A stretch of DNA of 64,000 bases from Chrysomallon squamiferum (lineage: Eukaryota > Animalia > Mollusca). Positions 46,887 to 64,000 of the stretch are shown piece after piece; the stretch's first letter is position 1; each line of letters starts with the position of its first letter. Position numbers and translations under genes: made by a program. A model generated the notes under the pieces. It was not told the origin of the DNA. It made no database searches and saw only the letters and a program-made list of their open reading frames with translations. The stretch lies in contig CM022672.1 of assembly GCA_012295275.1 (NCBI GenBank), positions 30,814,001 through 30,878,000 of the forward strand. The letters run 5' to 3'.

Positions 46887-47060
46887 CTATTTATATAATA
46901 AAGCACTCAAAAATCATATATTTATATTTGTTAAAATATCAAATCTTCGTCCGCCATAATGCTATAAAGGCAGACAACACACAAAAATTATTGAAGGGAG
47001 ACAATTTGTAGACTCCATAACGTTTCGCTCCCAAGTCATCACGCCCCCAATCACTCTGCC
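46887..47060 (-). promoter_or_regulatory. Candidate promoter and non-coding first exon of the DUF3504 gene
   Basis: Minus-strand donor ATAG|GTAATT at 46886, YY1-like ATGGCGG (ccgccat on + at ~46951), AAGGGAGACAA at 46994, CCAAT/GC-like box at ~47043-47052. Confidence 0.45.
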
Positions 47061-47471
47061 CCATGAAGAAATTTTAGCCAGAATTCAGAAACATTTTAAT
47101 GAATAACAAATAATTTAGTACAAATAAAAAAATATATATTTATTTATTTATAAATAACAGAATAAATAATAATATATCAGTCCATTTATCCTGCAGGTGA
47201 CCCGAATATCTCGATCTGACAGTTTCATGGGTCAGTTTAATTAATAACATAGCTGGACCTACATACGACTTACATAAATTCAATTCAACTAGCACGAAGT
47301 ATTCAGTTGAAACCTGTAACGCTCATCGAGTCAGGCTGATTATTTTATGGTAATAATTTCGTTTCTGACTGGCTTGTAAACTAAGTGGTATTAAACTGGT
47401 GCGATCAGTGTACCTGAAGTAAGAAAAGTTTTTAGTGATGGTGTAAAAGTATCTTCATAAATATAAAAATT

Positions 47472-47524
<53 letters not shown>

Positions 47525-47941
47525 TTAAAATGATTTATTTTCTTTTTTCCTTTTAATTACTATTTTATTATTCATTTAGTTAATTAGTAATTTTATTTTA
47601 TTGTTATTATTTTAAATTTTTAAATTTTTTATTACAGATTTTGTTTATTAGTATTTTTTGTTTGTTATTATTATTATAATATATATATATAATACGGTAC
47701 ACGAATATCTTCTTCTGTTTCATAAAGATATATAAAGATATAAAAATAACACAATTAATTAACACAAATCGAGCATTGCGTTACAAAATAAATGGAAATA
47801 ACGGGATCTCTAAAACAATTTAAAGTTACTAAACAGCACAGCAACGCACATAACAAATTATAAAAGTCACAGTGACCAAATAATCACTCTAAAAAATAAA
47901 ACCGGGCCAACAATCTCTCGGGTCAACTCTCAGCTATTTTT

Positions 47942-48001
<60 letters not shown>

Positions 48002-48402
48002 CAAAAACAGTCTGCTATTTATAATCCAAAACTACAAATTACGTTACCAATGAGGATAACAGATCAGTGTCGTCTTTTCAGAAAAAAACACCTCCCTATC
48101 AAAATGCAGGGAAACATGACTTATAAGCTGTCTACAAGCTTTCAGTGGTCGTCATATTAAGTAAGAGTGTTTGACGAGAAAAAAAGAGAGCAAAAATGAC
48201 GTAAATGATGTGCGAATTCATAAAATTACCAAGACAACGTACGGTTTTTATGGAACTAGCGGCGGAGAAACGTCTGCTTTTCAATGCTCACTCTCATTGT
48301 CAATAGTCTGCTTATTTTATTTTATTTTATTTTATAAAACATAAATATTTGAAAATATCTAACTAAATAATTTTATAAACGTAAACATATTATTATTATT
48401 AC

Positions 48403-48459
<57 letters not shown>

Positions 48460-48674
48460 TGAACAAAGCTATTGTTGTTGATATTCAGGGCAGTCATATT
48501 GATTTATTTAGATTATATATTCTTAGTCAACAGTCATTTTCTCTGTAAAACAAATTATTGATTAAAATGTACTTTCTTTTTCTTTCTTTTTTTCAAATGA
48601 AAAATAAATGCTATTCCTATATTTCTGTTTGCAACCAGTGACATGAATTCATCGTAACAATTTTTAGGGCTTTG

Positions 48675-48705
<31 letters not shown>

Positions 48706-48706
48706 G

Positions 48707-48787
<81 letters not shown>

Positions 48788-48949
48788 TTGAAGTTATGTT
48801 AGTCTACAGACGGCCTGTTTGCTGTCAGTTTATAATCATTTGTTTTGTCTAATATCACAAATTATGATAAAATTAAAAGGAAATTAAAATTTCGATTTCA
48901 TACACCAGAATCGAACAGGAAAAAAGATTAACTATTAATATTTTAATAT

Positions 48950-49747
48950 ATCATATCACTATATTGATAATCTTCAAGATTTGATTGGTAAATTCAAATG
49001 AGAAGTATTTCGACATCAGAACAAACATAAAAATGGTCATATAAATTATGATTGGTTATTTCTGACTTCTCAAATTAACCAGTGATTGTCTTTTTAATTA
49101 CCACCGTAGGGCTAACATTAGATTATTATTAATCAAGGGAGATAAATAGGAAGGCATGAAGTTCGCTTTTTTTTCACTAACATTCGGTCACTTGTGTTTG
49201 TCTCCATTCGACCAAAAAATGCGCATAAAACAGAACAATTAGCAGTGAAAATACATTTGTTGATAAAAATTGGGTCAATGGTATCTTTTTATATAACATT
49301 TAAAAATAAAAATATAATTCTTGCTTTTCCAAAGCTATATCCTACTTACCTCCCTTGATTGAAAATTAAGAAAGTGAGTCAGCCGCTACAGTTATATAAA
49401 AAGAAAAAAAAAATTGGTTGTTGACAAAAAACAAAAACGACTTAATATTTTATATGACAGTTTTTATTTTAAAATAAAATACCAAAACAAATCACAGCCA
49501 TATTTCCATAATAATTTTTTTTTTTTAAATGCATATTTGAATTAGGTCTTGAAAATTATTAATGTTACAGATTAAACTAAGTAATTACTGGTTTCTATCA
49601 ACTGACTGGTTTCCTCAGGAAGTTCCGCAAAATCTAAAGTATTTCGACCAAAATCCAGTCTCGTTTTACAACGTGCTTCGTGTTTGTGTTTGTGATTTTT
49701 AAAGGAAACCATTCTGTTTGTAAGATTATAGTTCCAGAACATCAGAA
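48950..49747 (+). promoter_or_regulatory. MAK16 promoter/5' UTR region
   Basis: Several ATTGG (CCAAT) boxes (~48984, 49051, 49269, 49414), ETS-like CAGGAAGT at ~49616, locally raised CpG before ATG. Confidence 0.45.
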
Positions 49748-56824
<7,077 letters not shown>

Positions 56825-56836
56825 TAAAAATCTTAA

Positions 56837-56842
56837 AATAAA
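56837..56842 (+). terminator. Candidate polyadenylation signal of MAK16
   Basis: AATAAA 13 nt after the TGA; weak evidence in AT-rich DNA. Confidence 0.35.
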
Positions 56843-58417
56843 GGGTTTTTTACAGTAACCTGTGTAATACATGTAATAATGTAATTTAATTAAAGCATTT
56901 TGCAATCAAGATACAAGATGCACAACTTGTATTCCCCTATACAAGTGGTCAACCAAGTTACAAGATTCCCCAATACAATTGGTCCCCTACCTTATATGCT
57001 CCATGCCCCACTTCAACATTTAAAAAATGTTTATGTCCCCCTTTGATATAAAAATAAATTTGAGTTTTGTAAAAGTGTAATTACTGTAATATAAAGTAAT
57101 ATAAAGAAGAAATCCTTTAATTAAACAAAGCTAAACATTTAACAAACAAACTGCTCGTACGTGCTGCCAGATACACTATAACGTGTAGACGAAGTGTGAC
57201 TGGATGTTTGGTCATATTACATCACTTTCAAACTGCCCCCTCCTTGTGAATCACTGCCCTATACACAGCTCATAGATCCTTCTAAAAAGATGGTGGTAGT
57301 TAAAAATATGTGTAATTAGGTAAAGATTTTTTTTCCCCAGCGTCCTTGATGTGTTTGGATTGTGCTAATATAACATTAAAAGAAAGCTGACAAAGAAGAA
57401 TTTAAATTTATTGTGTACAATCCTGTTCAGCATTAGAATTATCTTTCTTTTTTTTTTTTTTTTATCTTAAAGAATGAGTTAGCAAGAAAGTCTGGAATAT
57501 ATATTTTTTAATCTTTATAAGCAGTATATTTATTTTTTATTGTTTTACAGAAATGTTCACAGACATGCTACATCTACATTAAAATACCTGAATCTCATCA
57601 AATTCCAAAACAAATACACTTTTTCCTTTTTTTCTTTCTTTCTTTTACAGACATCCTCTCCCAAATCAAATCTACATTAAAATATCTCTATCATTTTCAG
57701 GTTCCTACTGTATTTTAGAAACCAACACTTTATTTCTTTTACAACTGTATAAGAGCTGTTTCATTCACTTCAAATACCTGCATGTCATCATAATCCTTCT
57801 CTTCTAGAATATTTTGAAGTTTTCTTATTTCTTTTTTTAGTAGCTTGTTGATCTGAAATCCCTTAGTCACAGTGTATTCTAAAATGGTGCTATTCAGTTT
57901 GTCTTTTAAACTATTTTCACCTATAGATCACTTCACTGACTCCTTTCAAAGTGCAAAAGTTTGGCAAATTTAAAAATACTGTGTGTGTGTAATTGTGTGT
58001 TAATTTTTATTTTTATTTTTAATAAATATTCTCACTTTATATTGTTAAGCAAGCAAACTTCACTATGGGTGAAATAATTAAAAAAAAAAAACATTCATAA
58101 AATGTTAACTGAAGCTGTTTAAAGAAGGGGAAAGCGTTGTATTTCACATTTTGTCACAAATCTGTGAACTGCCAGGCAGTTTGTGCACTGAATGACATCA
58201 GGCAAGGAAGCTGGATACGTGTATTCTGCACAAATGGACAGTTTTTAGTTAAAGAAAAGGAATTTTCAGAAGAGACTGAATATTTTGAACACCATTATTT
58301 ATTTTTTAGCCAAAACAACTGCATCACTGGTAACTGTTATCGTGAATTCAATTAATATTCAACTGAAGGGCAGTAATCAAGTATCTGTTCAAATATAATT
58401 TAAAAAAATAAAAAAAA

Positions 58418-58448
<31 letters not shown>

Positions 58449-59269
58449 AAAATAAAATAAAATAAATAGAAATCTACGTAAGGAAAAACGGTTGTACTCT
58501 TCTGTTTAAGATATAATCATACAAAAATAATTACCAGTTGTTTGAGGTATTACAAAGTATAAAATAATATAAAAAGTGTAACAAAGATGTATAATAATAA
58601 TAATAATAAGTAGGTGTAGAACATTAATAATAATTAGCTTTAAAAACAGATTTATAATTTTAAAAAAAGCGTATAATAACAAGTAATTTCCTATAGAAGC
58701 AAATACAGTAACAGTAATAATAATAATTATAATATTAAAAAGTAATTACCTATAACTAAAATGTATAATAATAATAATTAATTTCTATGTTATAAGACTA
58801 AACTAGAGTGTGCCATTAAAATTAATGTGTAAGCAAAAATAGATAAATAATTACATATAATTTCAAATTAAGAGATTATTATTTTTATTTTTAAATGATC
58901 TTGTAATTTGTAAGGATGTCGTTATTATTTGCATTTGTCAGTAAAACAGTCTAACATATAAGAAACTGATGTCAGTTATTTTCTGATACATGCAAAATGT
59001 AAACAAGATATTTTTATATTAAAAAGAAAAAGGATAATTCAAAACATAATTCACCATTATAGGTATTTAGCTTTAAAAATGGTCTCTTGCAATAAACCAG
59101 ATGTAATTTATTTCCAGTTATTAAAAAATTTAAATGAAGAATTTTTCTGTAAAACATTATCTGGCATTATTGAATACATACTGCCAGAATAGAAGATAAA
59201 TATTTTAAATTAGTTATAACTTAGAATTTTTTTTTTTTTTTTTTTTTTCTGATATATATATATATATAT

Positions 59270-60190
59270 ATATATACACATTTATATAAATTTAAAGATA
59301 GATTTTGATATTAAAGAAAATCTTGGATAACTGAATAAATGTTGTCAGTGTTCAAAAGTGCATTCTTTGGATTAGCTGCAAGTACATCCTAGAATCTGTG
59401 TGTGTGTGTGTGTGTGTGTCTCTACTAAATTTGTATAAAAATAAAACATCTTCAATATCTGAATACACATTCTCAACATAAAATACACCTTCTTTAGATT
59501 AGCTACATATAACAGTTTGTTATATACGTATACAAAATTAAAATTTTAATATAAAAATGTCTTGGATTATTAATACTGAAAGCGTAAAAAATATAATTTT
59601 TAGATCAGCTTTGAGTATATCCTAGAATGTGTGTGTGTGAAAGAGAGATACATATCTTTACAAAATTTGTATAAAAATAAATCTTGGATATCTAAATACA
59701 CATTCTTTAGATTAGCTATAGTTTGATATATATGTAAAAATTTTTTTTTAAAAGGTTGTATATCTGAGTTTTCTAAGCATAAAAGATATATTCTTTAGAT
59801 TAGCTACATATAGTGTGATATATATATATAAAATAAAAAATTTGATATAAAATAAAAATCTTGGATGAAATACACCTCACTGTAAAACTAAAAGCTACAT
59901 TGTTAAAATTAGCCACTGAATTTTGTGCATGTTTGTGTTTGTTACATTTATAAAGGTTTGATACATAAATACTCAAGTATATAAAGTTTTAATTTTAACA
60001 TAAAAATGTCTTGGATAATTAATATTGTCAGCATAAAAAAAAAACATTCATTAGATCAGCTAAAACACAGAATTTTTTTTGCATTAAAAAGATCTTTGAT
60101 AACTGAATGCAACTTGTCAGTATAAATGATTTTCTGTAACAGAATTTTGAGCAATAGAATTTAAAGAAAGTTATTTTTAAATAATAAAAG
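59270..60190. repeat. Degenerate ~120-bp tandem repeat downstream of the lyase stop
   Basis: Recurring AAAATCTTGGATA and TTCTTTAGATTAGCTA. Confidence 0.7.
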
Positions 60191-60321
60191 GTCTTTAGAT
60201 CTGTTATTACCTTCAGATTTGCTACAAATAACCCCTAGACTATGTGCATAGGCGTGCGTGTGTGTATATTTTATTTTCAGATTCACGTTCTCGCTTCTTC
60301 AACTGAACATTTTGAAAGTTT

Positions 60322-63554
<3,233 letters not shown>

Positions 63555-63599
63555 CTGCCAATAACAAACACAGCTCATTTACCTTTATTATATCTAGTC

Positions 63600-64000
63600 G
63601 AGTTTAAATTTGTATACGTTTTTCTTTAATATATCATTATTATTATTATTATTACTTTTTATAGTTGATTTTTGACGTAAATGTGTTTTATTATATGTAG
63701 TTGATTGTGAAATTTTAATACGTTTTTCTTTATTATATGATCATTATTATTATTACTATTATCATTATTATTTATAGTTGATTTGTTATTTAAATATGTT
63801 TATTTGTTTTATGTAGTTGATTCTGAATTTTAATATATTTTTCTTTATAAATTATTATTATTATTATTTATTATTATTATTATTATTATCATTATTATTT
63901 ATAGTTGATTTGTTATTTAAATATGTTTATTTGTGTTATGTGTAGTTGATTCTGAATTTTAGTATGTTTTTCTTTATTAAATGATTATTATTATTATTAT
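63600..64000. repeat. Degenerate ~125-bp AT-rich tandem repeat
   Basis: Recurring TATAGTTGATTTGTTATTTAAATATGTTTATT..TGTAGTTGATTCTGAATTTTA. Confidence 0.75.

Overview
AT-rich, microsatellite-dense animal genomic DNA with GT-AG spliceosomal introns; gene content suggests a lophotrochozoan, probably a mollusc (inference, species not determinable). Four protein-coding genes can be reconstructed. (1) A + strand LEV-9/Hig/Hasp-like Sushi(CCP) protein with 10 CCP modules in 11 exons (14570-32671), a corrupted WAP-like exon at ~12252 and no 5' end found. (2) A - strand two-coding-exon gene (45542-41556, ~1168 aa) fusing an uncharacterised N-terminal domain, ~35-aa internal repeats and a catalytically dead DUF3504/Crypton tyrosine-recombinase domain. 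(3) MAK16 on + (49748-56824, 9 exons) with three 1-nt insertions in exon 3. (4) The 3' part of a - strand class-V PLP C-S lyase (Egt2/hercynylcysteine sulfoxide lyase/CefD-like; 63554-60322) with a frameshift in its last exon. Also present: several MITEs, minisatellites and a ~310-bp diverged repeat array carrying perfect CRE palindromes. The most striking pattern is that three unrelated genes each carry tandem arrays of duplicated 3' splice site plus exon start (decoy acceptors) directly upstream of a real exon. Most short ORFs in the supplied track are microsatellite artefacts.
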